This document shows, piece by piece, positions 1-10,171 of a stretch of DNA of 64,000 nucleotides (position 1 is its first letter; every line of letters begins with the position of its first letter). Below the pieces are notes generated by a model, which saw only the letters and a program-made list of their open reading frames with translations, was not told the DNA's origin and did not search any database. This DNA is from Escherichia phage vB_EcoM_112: the sequence record NC_024125.2. One strand, written 5' to 3'. Made by a program: the position numbers and the translations under genes.

Positions 1-606
1 TACCTTTTGCCCAGAGCAGAAGTTTATAATTTCCTGGTTGCATTTTCATATTTGCCATATTGATAATGAAATTAAATGTATTTTCACCATCATAATCACC
101 AAGAGTCAAAGAATATTTAACACGGGTCAGAGCAGAATCTTCTACTTTATTAAAACCGTTAATTACGATTTTACCTTCTTTTACTGTGATAGCAATTGTA
201 TCAATCTGCAGACCACGAGATACACGCAACAGTTGTTGAAGGTCTTCAGCTTTAATTTCAGTAACAACAGATGCTACCGGGAATGGAATTGGTTTATTAG
301 GAGCAACTACTGTACTCGGATCGGCTGCTGGCCAAAAAATTGTTGAGCGGGCATCAGCAATTTTAATATTTCCATCTTCTGACTGGGAAATTTCTGCATC
401 ATCATTAACTAGAGACAGAATACCGAGAAAACCGTTCAAATCGTAAATTGCTACATCAAAATCAATAGTGTCAGAAATATTTGCTTCCGCGTAAGTTGTA
501 CCATTAACTGCGCGAGTCATAATAAATTGACCGGATTTAAGCATAATACCAGAGTTAATAGTAGCGAAATTTTTAAGCAGAGCAGTAGTATCTTTAGACA
601 GTTTCA
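1..606 (-). CDS. 45: gp45 sliding clamp, 3' end truncated by window edge
   Basis: Minus-strand ATG at 606 gives MKLSKDTTALLKNFATINSG, matching the T4 gp45 N-terminus; the reading frame runs to the window start. Confidence 0.85.
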
Positions 607-662
607 TGTAATTTCCTTCAATTCAAATGAGATTTAATTTTATAACTAATTTAATAAAGCAA

Positions 663-1052
663 TTAACGATTAAAATCAGCCGCAATTGTTTCCGCAACAA
701 TTTGAGCAGCAACAATTAGACGTTCATCTGCATTACCGCAATAATCATCTTCAAGACGTTCACCACATGAAGTCATAATAAATTTAGCACCGGCGTTTAG
801 GGATTCTGTAGTATGTTTGCGCATTAGTTCAATCCATTTATTACTTACTTCACGATCGATAGCTTCATAATACGCATGACGAGCAGGTGCAGATTTAATT
901 TTGTTCTGAATAACTTCCATTGCGTTATCAGAAAGAGACAAAACCCATGCTCGACGAATTTTATTTTGGTTTTGTGGATTTGATTCAGAACGCACGTGTT
1001 TTGGCTGAATATCTTTTACATCAACAGTATAATTCACAGTAATTTTAGTCAT
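663..1052 (-). CDS. rpbA: RNA polymerase-binding protein RpbA
   Basis: 129 aa; sequence and position between genes 45 and 46 as in T4. Confidence 0.75.
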
Positions 1053-1061
1053 AATACACCT

Positions 1062-1250
1062 TTAGTCATAATAATCAGTAACAGTCCAAGCTTCATTTCT
1101 ATTGGACATTATTTTTGTATATTCTGCTTTAAATGCATTCCTAAGCATAGATTCAGTAACTATATGCTCTTCATTAGAAAAATTATTTCTCAGAATATAT
1201 CGTTTTATTTCAGGAATAGTTAATAGATGCTGTCCGGTTGAATATTCCAT
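1062..1250 (-). CDS. hypothetical small protein (45.2 position)
   Basis: 62-aa ORF packed between rpbA and gene 46. Confidence 0.45.
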   Translation of the reverse strand: MEYSTGQHLLTIPEIKRYILRNNFSNEEHIVTESMLRNAFKAEYTKIMSNRNEAWTVTDYYD

Positions 1251-1305
1251 GTTTTTCCTCCATAGAGATTATACTCTAATAAATTAAAGCATAATCTCTT
1301 ATAAA

Positions 1306-2988
1306 TTAAACCATTACAGTAAATCGACCAACTTTCTTCATTTGAAGATGCTGACCGTATGCTTGCGGGTCATGGTCTCTATGTGAAATAACAAAAACGT
1401 TAGTATTTTTTAAACTATCTAAAATAGTTGAAATAGCTTTTACACCTTCAACGTCGGTCGCTGAATCAAAAACTTCATCAAGAATTAATGTGTTTATTTT
1501 AACACCTGAAACCTTTTCAGCAATATCACGCCAAGTAAATAAAAGAGCAATATCAATTCGTGCTTTTTCACCTTGACTGAATGAAGCATAACTAAAATCT
1601 TCACGACCACGGGATTTAATTGTCTCATTAAATTCTTCATCTAATGTAAACACATAATCCGCTTCCATTATTTTAAGATAATGGTTAATCTGCTTATTAA
1701 ATAATGGAATGTACTTTTTAATAATAGCACCTTTAATACCAGAATCTTTGAGCATATCAGTCAAAATTCCTCGGTGGTATTTTTCCATTACTAAATTAGT
1801 TTTTGTCTTAACAATTTTATCAAGTTCTTCTTGAAGCAGTGCTATTTCATCAGCATGGTCAATAAACTCAGAAGATGCTTTTTCTATAGCCGCTTTAACC
1901 TTTTTAGCTTTATCTACTGCTGCGATCAGAGATTGCTTTTTATTGCGAATATCATTTGCCAACGACTGTTGGGTTTTAATATTATCTCGGTATTCATCAA
2001 CAAGAACTTTTAAATTATCACGATGTGTTGAAAGCTGTTCAAACGAATGCGTACATTCAGAAACTTTATCTTTAATTTTAGAAACAACTTTATCACCGGA
2101 ACTCAATTGTGACAAACAGGTTGGACATAATCCACCTTCGTGATACATATTAATGACTTTATTATACGAGTCAATTTTTGATTTAATTAAAACTGCTTCT
2201 TGACCGATTTTATTAAATGCATCAGTCGGGTCTTCATCTAAAACAATATTAACTAATCTTTCATTAGCTTCTTCTATTTCCGATTTTAGCGTTCTAGCTT
2301 CTTTTGCCAAATCATCATACATATTTTGCAGACGAGTAAGATTGTCACCCGTTAATTTTTTCTGGCGTTCAACGTTATCATTATATATTTTAATTTGTTG
2401 GATAATACTATCTTTTTTAACGTCAAGCACTTGGTTTTGTGAATTTAATTCACGTATTAGTGCTTTATTAAGCTTATCCATTTCAGCTAATGTTCCTACC
2501 TCAAGCAGGTCTTCCACAAGCTTTCTTCGCGCAGGGGTCGACAAACCCATGAAAGGGGTATACCCTGCTGTACCAAGGACAACAATCTGCTTGAAACTGG
2601 CATATGACATTCCGATAAGCTGTTCAAATTCTGCTTGGAAATCTTTACTGCTGGCAGATTCATTAAGACGTGTACCGTTAACGGTGATTTCAAAAACGTT
2701 CGGTTTTTGTCCTCTTTTGATATAGTACTTTTTCTCATCATATTCCATCCACAGTTCAACTAAAAGTTCTTTCTTATTTGTGCTGTTTATTAATTGGCCT
2801 TTCTTTACATCACGAAATGGCTTGCCAAAAAGCCCAAATGTGATGGCTTCTAACATAGTAGACTTACCACCGCCATTTCGTCCAGTAATAAGAGTTTTTT
2901 GAACCTTATCTAATTGAATGTCAATAGGATTTCCACCTACTGACATTATATTTTGATACCTAACTCGGTTTAGTTTAAAATTCTTCAC
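1306..2988 (-). CDS. 46: gp46 recombination nuclease ATPase subunit (Rad50/SbcC-like)
   Basis: 560 aa, Walker A GRNGGGKST, long coiled coil, C-terminal LILDEVFD Walker B; same length as T4 gp46. Confidence 0.9.
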   Translation of the reverse strand: MKNFKLNRVRYQNIMSVGGNPIDIQLDKVQKTLITGRNGGGKSTMLEAITFGLFGKPFRDVKKGQLINSTNKKELLVELWMEYDEKKYYIKRGQKPNVFEITVNGTRLNESASSKDFQAEFEQLIGMSYASFKQIVVLGTAGYTPFMGLSTPARRKLVEDLLEVGTLAEMDKLNKALIRELNSQNQVLDVKKDSIIQQIKIYNDNVERQKKLTGDNLTRLQNMYDDLAKEARTLKSEIEEANERLVNIVLDEDPTDAFNKIGQEAVLIKSKIDSYNKVINMYHEGGLCPTCLSQLSSGDKVVSKIKDKVSECTHSFEQLSTHRDNLKVLVDEYRDNIKTQQSLANDIRNKKQSLIAAVDKAKKVKAAIEKASSEFIDHADEIALLQEELDKIVKTKTNLVMEKYHRGILTDMLKDSGIKGAIIKKYIPLFNKQINHYLKIMEADYVFTLDEEFNETIKSRGREDFSYASFSQGEKARIDIALLFTWRDIAEKVSGVKINTLILDEVFDSATDVEGVKAISTILDSLKNTNVFVISHRDHDPQAYGQHLQMKKVGRFTVMV

Positions 2989-3200
2989 AAAAGATTCCTT
3001 TTAATGTATCTTTTAGACCATTCTATCATATCATCATAATCTAAAAAGTATTCATCAAATTCAGCCATGCAAACAACGCCTTGTGCTGTTTTTGATGTAA
3101 TATAAATTATTCCAACATATCTAGAATCTTCTTCGGTATAATCAATATTTGCTGTGAATTCATCATTAATGTCAAATGTCGAAAACTTCACAATACGCAT
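2985..3200 (-). CDS. hypothetical small protein
   Basis: Track ORF 2985..3248 trimmed to internal ATG (MRIVKF) to reduce overlap with the neighbouring ORF; start uncertain. Confidence 0.4.
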   Translation of the reverse strand: MRIVKFSTFDINDEFTANIDYTEEDSRYVGIIYITSKTAQGVVCMAEFDEYFLDYDDMIEWSKRYIKRNLL

Positions 3201-3435
3201 CCTTAATACAAGATACAGCCATATCTCGTAATGATTTAGGTGTGTCATTATCTAAAATGTTGAAGTTAAAAGATACAGCCCAGTCAGTGCAGACTGTAAC
3301 CTTTTTAATACAATTATCTTCAACTTCTAGCGGTTCAAACCAGTATTCAATAATTTCTTTATGCCCAATATCATCTTTTACTTCGCATTCAAAATGCTGA
3401 CTCATCATAACATTTTTAAATTCATCAAAAGTCAT
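3172..3435 (-). CDS. hypothetical small protein
   Basis: 87-aa ORF, translationally coupled to gp47 (ATGA overlap at 3432..3435). Confidence 0.45.
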   Translation of the reverse strand: MTFDEFKNVMMSQHFECEVKDDIGHKEIIEYWFEPLEVEDNCIKKVTVCTDWAVSFNFNILDNDTPKSLRDMAVSCIKDAYCEVFDI

Positions 3436-4451
3436 TGTGTTGCCTCTACATATAGCTGATTTGCATATTGAATAAGTGCTTCGCGATCAGAATCAGTGAT
3501 GTCTGGAATTGCATTAATGTATTCTTCCATCAATGTCTGAAGAGATTGAACTTCAACTTCTTCACTGTCATCTGACTCGACAGAGTTATCAATCTTTGAC
3601 ACAACTCGTAATGAATGCACAACTTTTTCTAGTTCAGATTCGAACTTCGTTAGATTTTTGTCTACCTCAGTTACTATAACACGTACTGATAGATTTGTAA
3701 AATCTTTATAGTCAATTTTTCCTTTAAATGGATAATGAATTCTACGATGCCAGGTAGTATTATTTGGAATAAATTCCATTCGTTCTGTTTCTGTATCAAA
3801 CATCCAGAACCCACGAGGGTCATTCTCGTCACCTGCTGTTAGTGTCCATGGTGTCCCAATATATCTGACGTTAGCAGCCTCAGAAATAGTATGGAAGTGA
3901 CCAGACCACACTTCTTTATAAGTCTTAAGGAAATCGGGTTCAAGACCATGAGATTTCATTCCTTTATAAAAATAAAATCCATTCAGTTCCCAGTGACCAA
4001 CACAAAAAGAAGCAGATGAAGTTTTGATATGCTCAAGAATTTCACCAGTATTTTCTTCACACATCCAAGGAATTAAATCAATTAAACATCCGTCAAAATC
4101 TACTGTAGTAGGCTTATCATATACTTTAACATTAGGATATTTAGCCAAAAGCTCAGTAGAGGCATTTGGATGCATTACATTTTTATAGTGGAGATCGTGA
4201 TTTCCTACAATAGTATGTAATGTGATTCCAGCACCATCAAGCATTTGAACTATTTCACGGGCAAACTCCATAGTTTTATGCGTGATTGCTTTTCGCACAT
4301 CAAAAATATCACCATATTGAATCCATACAGTAATTCCATTTTTCTTAGAATATTCTATCGCTTGCTTAATTCCATCAATTTGAATACCGCGAATCCACTC
4401 ATCATCAGCTTTAACGCCTAAATGCCAATCACCTAAATTTAAAATTTTCAT
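3432..4451 (-). CDS. 47: gp47 recombination endonuclease subunit (Mre11/SbcD-like phosphoesterase)
   Basis: 339 aa; N-terminal LGDWHLG and GNHD metallophosphatase motifs; T4 gp47 length and position. Confidence 0.9.
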   Translation of the reverse strand: MKILNLGDWHLGVKADDEWIRGIQIDGIKQAIEYSKKNGITVWIQYGDIFDVRKAITHKTMEFAREIVQMLDGAGITLHTIVGNHDLHYKNVMHPNASTELLAKYPNVKVYDKPTTVDFDGCLIDLIPWMCEENTGEILEHIKTSSASFCVGHWELNGFYFYKGMKSHGLEPDFLKTYKEVWSGHFHTISEAANVRYIGTPWTLTAGDENDPRGFWMFDTETERMEFIPNNTTWHRRIHYPFKGKIDYKDFTNLSVRVIVTEVDKNLTKFESELEKVVHSLRVVSKIDNSVESDDSEEVEVQSLQTLMEEYINAIPDITDSDREALIQYANQLYVEATQ

Positions 4452-4610
4452 ATATCAAGAACCGTCATTGAAATGCAAAATAAAATTATTGAAATAAACC
4501 CATCTGGTGTGCTAAAGAAACCAATCCAGCATGCTCTAGTGAATAGATAAAATGCAAGAAAAAGTATCACATATCCAAGAAATATCATTATATCAAACTC
4601 CGTATAAAGC

Positions 4611-4630
4611 TAAAGGGCCGAAGCCCTTTA
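4611..4630 (-). other. UUCG-tetraloop hairpin overlapping the agt stop codon
   Basis: AAAGGGC-UUCG-GCCCUUU on the minus transcript includes the TAA stop. Confidence 0.4.
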
Positions 4631-5830
4631 TTTTGTAATAATGTCAAACTGTTCTTTAAAGCAGAAGCTTGAATCTTGATGTTGATACAAAAATTCATAT
4701 GCTTTTTCTCGCTCACGGTCATAAAGAGCTCGGTCAGATGACAGTTCTTTAATACGTTCAAACGTTGATTCCATATCATTTTCATCAAACCAAATGATAC
4801 CGCTATCATGCGAGGTCAAAGGAGTATTATCAACACGGAATTTTAAATTTTCGCCAGTAGATTTCCAAAATACCGGAATTGTTCCACATGCACCAAGCTC
4901 GAGATGAGTATATTCTAAAGAACGTTGCAGATATTTTTTATCCAACTTACTCAACTGATAACCAAATCCGGATTTACTCATGCGTTCAAGCATTTCGCTA
5001 TTTACATAACGGTCAAGAATTTGCGTTGGCAAATTAGGAGCAATTTTAATTTGGTCTACTTGATGAAGACGATAATACTCGTATGGAATTCCTTTTTCTT
5101 TAATAGGAATGAACGCTGGAGAACGTTCCAGACCTTCCATAATAGTACTTAGTCCTGCAGGTTTAAGATGTTTTTCGTGAAAATCAAACATCTGGTAAAA
5201 ACCTTTCCATGTAGTCGTACGACCAATCCAACGGTTGATATTCATGTTAATTTCAGAAACATCTTTCCAGTAGGTTGATCGAACCTTCGCAATATCCATA
5301 GGAGGCTGAAAATTATATACTGTAGGTGCTTCTTCAATATCATCAAACAAAGAAACTGTTTCAGGATACCATTCTTTCATCAGAACTTTATTAAAATCAC
5401 CATTATCAGAATGGCTAAAAATAACATCAGCTCGACGAACAGTTTCTTCTAATCCCAAATTTCGACGCAAAGAAAGAGAGGAATGGTCATGTTGATAAAC
5501 CACAACACGAACCGAAGGTTTAATGTTATCAATAATTTTTTTATAGTTATTAATAGTATCTTCTTCAACTGAAGTAGCAGGAACTGAATTGATAATTAGA
5601 ATATCACAATCATTTACCAGCTTAAGTGTTTTATCGTATTCTTTTGCCAATAAAACCGGAATTGAAAATGATTTATAATCATGTGCACAGTTACGAGTAA
5701 ATGATTTATCTTTAGCATAAACCAAAGTTACTTCATGACCATTTTTAATAAACCAATCACGTTGCTCAAGAGAAAATTTAGTTACACCGCAACCTTCAAG
5801 ACCTCGAGCCATAAAAATACATACTTTCAT
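4628..5830 (-). CDS. agt: DNA alpha-glucosyltransferase
   Basis: 400 aa, close match to T4 alpha-gt as I recall it; located between gp47 and gp55. Confidence 0.8.
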   Translation of the reverse strand: MKVCIFMARGLEGCGVTKFSLEQRDWFIKNGHEVTLVYAKDKSFTRNCAHDYKSFSIPVLLAKEYDKTLKLVNDCDILIINSVPATSVEEDTINNYKKIIDNIKPSVRVVVYQHDHSSLSLRRNLGLEETVRRADVIFSHSDNGDFNKVLMKEWYPETVSLFDDIEEAPTVYNFQPPMDIAKVRSTYWKDVSEINMNINRWIGRTTTWKGFYQMFDFHEKHLKPAGLSTIMEGLERSPAFIPIKEKGIPYEYYRLHQVDQIKIAPNLPTQILDRYVNSEMLERMSKSGFGYQLSKLDKKYLQRSLEYTHLELGACGTIPVFWKSTGENLKFRVDNTPLTSHDSGIIWFDENDMESTFERIKELSSDRALYDREREKAYEFLYQHQDSSFCFKEQFDIITK

Positions 5831-5896
5831 TTAATATCCTCTTTGTTTTGGTTTATTTTACCAAAAATTTATAAAGCAATATAGGAGCCGAAGCTC

Positions 5897-6070
5897 CTAT
5901 CCACATAATACGCCATACAGAGGCTCGTTAGAACTTTTAAATTTTATGCGCTTATATTTTATAGTTCCTTCTGCTTTAGCTTTATCATGAGACTCTTTAA
6001 AGCGTCTCATCATTTCCTCTTTAGAGAAACGAATTTTATTATAATCTATTTCAGAAGTCTGGGTGTTCAT
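5897..6070 (-). CDS. hypothetical small protein (57 aa, below the ORF-track cutoff)
   Basis: Hand-translated minus-strand ORF MNTQTSEIDYNKIRFSKEEMMRRFKESH...; stop lies inside a UUCG-type hairpin. Confidence 0.3.
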   Translation of the reverse strand: MNTQTSEIDYNKIRFSKEEMMRRFKESHDKAKAEGTIKYKRIKFKSSNEPLYGVLCG

Positions 6071-6073
6071 CTT

Positions 6074-6280
6074 TCATAACTGCCACCATTTTTTGACTTG
6101 ATAAGAATCAACCCACACTTTCATATTAGGGTCTGCTCTTACTATAGGAGGATTAACTTCTTTAATTGAACTATCATGGTATTCTTTTTCAGAAATTTTC
6201 ACACAAAGATGACCATTCAAAGATTCAGTAAATCCTGCATTAATTTTAAGACGCTTGAATTTTACGTGTGTAAGCATCAA
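6074..6280 (-). CDS. hypothetical small protein
   Basis: 68-aa ORF in the gp55-distal small-gene run. Confidence 0.4.
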   Translation of the reverse strand: MMLTHVKFKRLKINAGFTESLNGHLCVKISEKEYHDSSIKEVNPPIVRADPNMKVWVDSYQVKKWWQL

Positions 6281-6563
6281 TCATATCCTCAATCTGCGAT
6301 CTAGTAGTTTTCCAAAGAATACTGATGAGTTCATCGTTATATGGCTGTTTTAGAATATCCCGACTTTTCTTGATAGCATATTCGTATTGAGCAAAATTAT
6401 TATTTTCAGCTGCAATCTGAGCGTGCTTATAAAGACGATTCAGTTCGCGTTTGTTTTTAGACAATAACTTATTTGCTTTTCTTTCTGCTTCAAGACGGTT
6501 CTTTTCTTCAATAGAAGAAATAAGCTTTTCCACTTCATTATTAATTTCGGGTTTATCAGTCAT
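6246..6563 (-). CDS. hypothetical protein
   Basis: 105-aa ORF, charged and helical. Confidence 0.5.
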   Translation of the reverse strand: MTDKPEINNEVEKLISSIEEKNRLEAERKANKLLSKNKRELNRLYKHAQIAAENNNFAQYEYAIKKSRDILKQPYNDELISILWKTTRSQIEDMIDAYTRKIQAS

Positions 6564-6564
6564 A

Positions 6565-6783
6565 TTATTTCTCTAATATAAAATAAAAATCATCATCTGT
6601 TAAATGATACCGATAGTTTAATTCTACACCATTAGATTTAAAAGCGGTATCATACGGATTTTCTGGATCAATATCAATGTCAAGAGCTAAAACTTCCCTG
6701 AGATACATTTTAAGTAAATAGGGAATAGCTTCAACTTCAGGTATTTCTTCCAAGAATCCGGAGAGGTTAATCGTTAGCCTCAT
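6565..6783 (-). CDS. hypothetical small protein
   Basis: 72-aa ORF immediately downstream of gp55. Confidence 0.45.
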
Positions 6784-7324
6784 ATAAAAAATCCAAACTA
6801 GGAGAATCGTCTACAACACTTTTCTTTTCAGCCCCCGGTGTTCTATAGGTTGATTCTTCGTAATGCGTCATTTTATCATAGATGTCTTGAATAAAAGTTT
6901 CATCTACTAACGCAACCATATCGTCGTCACGACTGTCATAGACATTGTGAACGAAGTAACTATATTTCTTTGCAACTTCCTTACGTTCTTTTTTAATACG
7001 TTGGACGAATGCATTAAAACAAGCTTGAGTTATATATGCATGCGGGTTTTTATATTTCGTTTCATCAAAATTGTGAAGCCCCTTAATAGAAGCTTCTATA
7101 CCATCTGCAATCATTTCTTGTTTCCAAGACTGGGTGTATCCTGAAAAGTTGAAACGTTTAGATAAGCCTTCTGCAATAAGCATAATGGCTAATCCGATAG
7201 TATCATTCTGACGAACTACTTTATTTGGGTCTTTATTATTTGCTAATTCTGTTTTCCAATCAATAATAGCTTGTAAAAGCTCTTTATTGTTTACGTAATT
7301 ATATTTAGGCTTAGTTTCTGACAT
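6767..7324 (-). CDS. 55: gp55 late-transcription sigma factor
   Basis: Internal ATG gives [23 protein letters not shown], 185 aa as in T4 gp55. Confidence 0.9.
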
Positions 7325-7402
7325 TTTCACCTCTTAGCTCAATTCATAGATCTATTATATCATAATATTTGAAGATCTATCTTAAAGCATAGAGGATATC
7401 AG

Positions 7403-7672
7403 TTATCTAAGTAAACAGTATGCTTGGAACACTTTCTCCATCATCTTTTTAAATTCATGAATATCTATATAATGACTAGTTAGATCAGCATGATATAAAA
7501 AGTCTAAAAACTTTTCATGTGTACTAACATATTCACTTTCATTTAATTCAGAAACATGGCTTTCCCAATATCCAACACCAGTCTTATTTGGGAAAAATGA
7601 AATTTTCATGTATTGGTCAACATAGAAAATGCCATAATTTTCAATAGTAATAGAAATATTAATAAATTTCAT
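7403..7672 (-). CDS. hypothetical protein
   Basis: 89-aa ORF. Confidence 0.45.
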   Translation of the reverse strand: MKFINISITIENYGIFYVDQYMKISFFPNKTGVGYWESHVSELNESEYVSTHEKFLDFLYHADLTSHYIDIHEFKKMMEKVFQAYCLLR

Positions 7673-7884
7673 ACATTTATCAGCTTAGCCGCTCCAAGAG
7701 CTGCATCTAGTGAATCAAATTGATCGACATATTCAATCAGTTTGCCGTAATTAGCATATAACCACCATTGGCTAAATTCATACTCAAGGATGAATCCATT
7801 TCCTTCAATTTGAGTTAAACCATTGCCGTTTGTATTTACTTCATATCCGGCAAGACGTAAATCGTTAATAAGAGCTTCGTTCAT
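7669..7884 (-). CDS. hypothetical protein
   Basis: 71-aa ORF with ATGA coupling to neighbours. Confidence 0.45.
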   Translation of the reverse strand: MNEALINDLRLAGYEVNTNGNGLTQIEGNGFILEYEFSQWWLYANYGKLIEYVDQFDSLDAALGAAKLINV

Positions 7885-7886
7885 AA

Positions 7887-8213
7887 TTATGCCTTAGTAA
7901 TTTTCAGGTCTGCAAATTTTTTCTTGCGTTGATTTTTCATGCGACGAATAGTTTTATCGGAAATTTCATGCTTTTGATAAGCTTTAGATTCTACACCAAA
8001 AGCTTTAACATCAAATTCCGACAAGATATATTGAACCAACAATTCACGGACAGTATTGCGTCCAATTTTCTGATCATTCTGTTTCATCGTCTGATGAAGC
8101 TCTTTTTCCCATTTATCCAAAATTTGAGGAGTTACAATATCGCCTTTTTCTAGCAAAGAAACTACTTTATCATATGCGTAAGAATTAATGACGTTTTTAA
8201 TTTGAATAGTCAT
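7887..8213 (-). CDS. hypothetical protein
   Basis: 108-aa ORF, basic C-terminus. Confidence 0.5.
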   Translation of the reverse strand: MTIQIKNVINSYAYDKVVSLLEKGDIVTPQILDKWEKELHQTMKQNDQKIGRNTVRELLVQYILSEFDVKAFGVESKAYQKHEISDKTIRRMKNQRKKKFADLKITKA

Positions 8214-8265
8214 ACATTATCCTCAATTACGTTAAAATTTTATTATCCAAAAAGGGCCGAAGCCC

Positions 8266-8466
8266 TTAGCTAAACTTTTTGGCACCCTTCCAGCCTTCGT
8301 ACATCATTGCGACTGATATTAATATTGCTCCTGAGCAACTTGAATATTTGTGATTCCAAAACCAGTTTAGAAAAACTTCGTCATCAATACCTTGGGCTAT
8401 CATATTTTCAAAGAACTGACGACGAGCTTCGGCAATTCGCTGCGATAATTTAGATTCAGGATTCAT
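8266..8466 (-). CDS. hypothetical small protein
   Basis: 66-aa ORF; stop embedded in a GGGCC-GAAG-GCCC hairpin. Confidence 0.4.
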   Translation of the reverse strand: MNPESKLSQRIAEARRQFFENMIAQGIDDEVFLNWFWNHKYSSCSGAILISVAMMYEGWKGAKKFS

Positions 8467-8605
8467 TTAAATTTTCCAGTTACCGTTTTCATCAATAAAT
8501 TCAATCCAGTCATTTACTGACCACTTAGTTGTATCACCTTTTGGAGTAACATTTAAAGTGTATAACCCCTGCTTAAAAAGCATTCGTTTGATATTCATAT
8601 TTTCC

Positions 8606-8938
8606 TCAGCTGTAACGATAACACTCGTTTGATTTACGTTTAGCAACTCGTTGAGATGTATTATAATCTAATTCATCGTCGATGTAAACATCTTTTTTCA
8701 ACTTTCTCACTTCATTACGTAATTGACGATTTAATTCATTCTTAACCTCTGAATCAACACCTCGCATACGTCGCCATTTATCTGAGCGAAAAATGTTTTC
8801 AACCATATCTTTATGACTTACACCATCAGGAGCTTTACGCTTTCCGAAATAGTCATAATCACGAACTTTCAAGTCTTTACGACGATACGTTTTACCCATG
8901 GAGTTTAATTTCCTTAGCAACTGAACTAAATGCAGCAC
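8606..8938 (-). CDS. hypothetical protein
   Basis: 110-aa basic ORF. Confidence 0.45.
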   Translation of the reverse strand: MLHLVQLLRKLNSMGKTYRRKDLKVRDYDYFGKRKAPDGVSHKDMVENIFRSDKWRRMRGVDSEVKNELNRQLRNEVRKLKKDVYIDDELDYNTSQRVAKRKSNECYRYS

Positions 8939-9074
8939 GATCGCAAATCATGTGTTTATGTAACTTAAGTATAAGATAATAAACATCATAACCATTTACG
9001 TAAGTAACGCGAACAGCATTACCATTAATAAGATAATACTGTCCCTTTTTAATTTCTTTATCAATCATAACCAT
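8892..9074 (-). CDS. hypothetical small protein
   Basis: 60-aa ORF directly downstream of an early promoter. Confidence 0.4.
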   Translation of the reverse strand: MVMIDKEIKKGQYYLINGNAVRVTYVNGYDVYYLILKLHKHMICDRAAFSSVAKEIKLHG

Positions 9075-9104
9075 ATCAATTCCTCAAAGGCAATTCATAT
9101 GTTA

Positions 9105-9134
9105 ATAATACCACGGTTTGAACTTGTTGTAAAC
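9105..9134 (-). promoter_or_regulatory. T4-type early promoter
   Basis: Minus-sense TTCACAAAGTTGTTTAC then 18 nt then TATTAT; A/T-rich upstream. Confidence 0.55.
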
Positions 9135-9213
9135 AACTTTGTGAAAAATATTTTAGGGAATGATAAGAAAGGAACGATAACTTAGAATGGTAATATACAG
9201 AATGTGAGAAAGA

Positions 9214-9232
9214 AAGGCCCAGAGGGCCCGTC
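9214..9232 (-). terminator. intrinsic terminator-like hairpin
   Basis: GGGCCC-TCT-GGGCC stem followed by a U-rich run on the minus transcript, just after the glutaredoxin-like gene. Confidence 0.45.
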
Positions 9233-9520
9233 TTAATCTTCTATGATATCTCTATCATATCCAAGTGAAATGAGAGTTTCTTTGAAGTGTTTAATGTTCT
9301 TTTGTCTAGAATCATTAATGAAAATGACTGGATAACGAATGTTAAGAGATGTGAATCCAGCGCGTTTAGCAAGAGATACAATCAGTGGACGATCATACTC
9401 AATCTTACCGTTATTTGTAAGAACTTTATAGAAAGTAAAAGGAGCATTGAGCTCCTTTAGAAGTTTTGTAACTGATTGACATCCAGGACAACGACCTACT
9501 TCATCTGGAATTCCATAGAC
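9233..9520 (-). CDS. glutaredoxin-like protein (CPGC active site), nrdH-like
   Basis: Frame encodes KIEVYGIPDEVGRCPGCQ...; no in-frame ATG after the upstream stop, so the start is uncertain. Confidence 0.45.
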   Translation of the reverse strand, partial: VYGIPDEVGRCPGCQSVTKLLKELNAPFTFYKVLTNNGKIEYDRPLIVSLAKRAGFTSLNIRYPVIFINDSRQKNIKHFKETLISLGYDRDIIED

Positions 9521-9527
9521 TTCAATC

Positions 9528-9839
9528 TTATTCTTTAAGTTCGAGTTTTGTTCCACGAGAAATAATTCCTTGGTAAGCCCAATAAGGAGGATTAACAGAA
9601 TCCTCGCCAGAGTTTTCTTCAGGAAAATAAACCTGGATAACAAATCCAGATGCATCAAAGGTAAAATAAACCGTAGGCAGTTCACCTAACAATTCGGCAC
9701 GAGCATTAATTTCTTCGAGATCTCGTTCACGTCCAGCCCAAAAACTAGGATTTAGACTACATTCGTAAAAATAATAGTCATTACCGAACATATCAAAACC
9801 CTTCCAACTCTCTACCACATACCGCTCAAAACTAATCAT
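9528..9839 (-). CDS. hypothetical protein
   Basis: 103-aa ORF. Confidence 0.5.
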   Translation of the reverse strand: MISFERYVVESWKGFDMFGNDYYFYECSLNPSFWAGRERDLEEINARAELLGELPTVYFTFDASGFVIQVYFPEENSGEDSVNPPYWAYQGIISRGTKLELKE

Positions 9840-9841
9840 AA

Positions 9842-10057
9842 TTAAGCCTTTTTATCAAGAACAGAATTCAGCTTGTTAGTAATTTTATCCAGACGCTCAT
9901 TGAACTCGCTAGAAGATAAACCCTTTTCTGGAGAAATCAAACTAATCACGAAAAATATAGCAATAAAAGGAATAAGGAAAATAGCTCCAACTGCCATAAA
10001 CAGAAAGAATGTTACAGTTGTAAGAAAATCAGCTAAACCTTTACGAAATTTATACAT
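9842..10057 (-). CDS. small membrane protein
   Basis: 71 aa with a long hydrophobic segment. Confidence 0.45.
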   Translation of the reverse strand: MYKFRKGLADFLTTVTFFLFMAVGAIFLIPFIAIFFVISLISPEKGLSSSEFNERLDKITNKLNSVLDKKA

Positions 10058-10171
10058 ATTTTACCCTTAATTGATTAACCAAGCATTGATAAGCACTAAA
10101 CTATATTGCGAATAAAATTCTGGACCAAAATGAAAATCATATCATTTATAGTATCCATAATGTAATTCAAT

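Noticed and set aside
38-346. Plus-strand 102-aa ORF
   Set aside because: Lies entirely antisense within gp45, whose minus-strand frame matches T4 gp45 throughout; low-complexity AT-rich translation.
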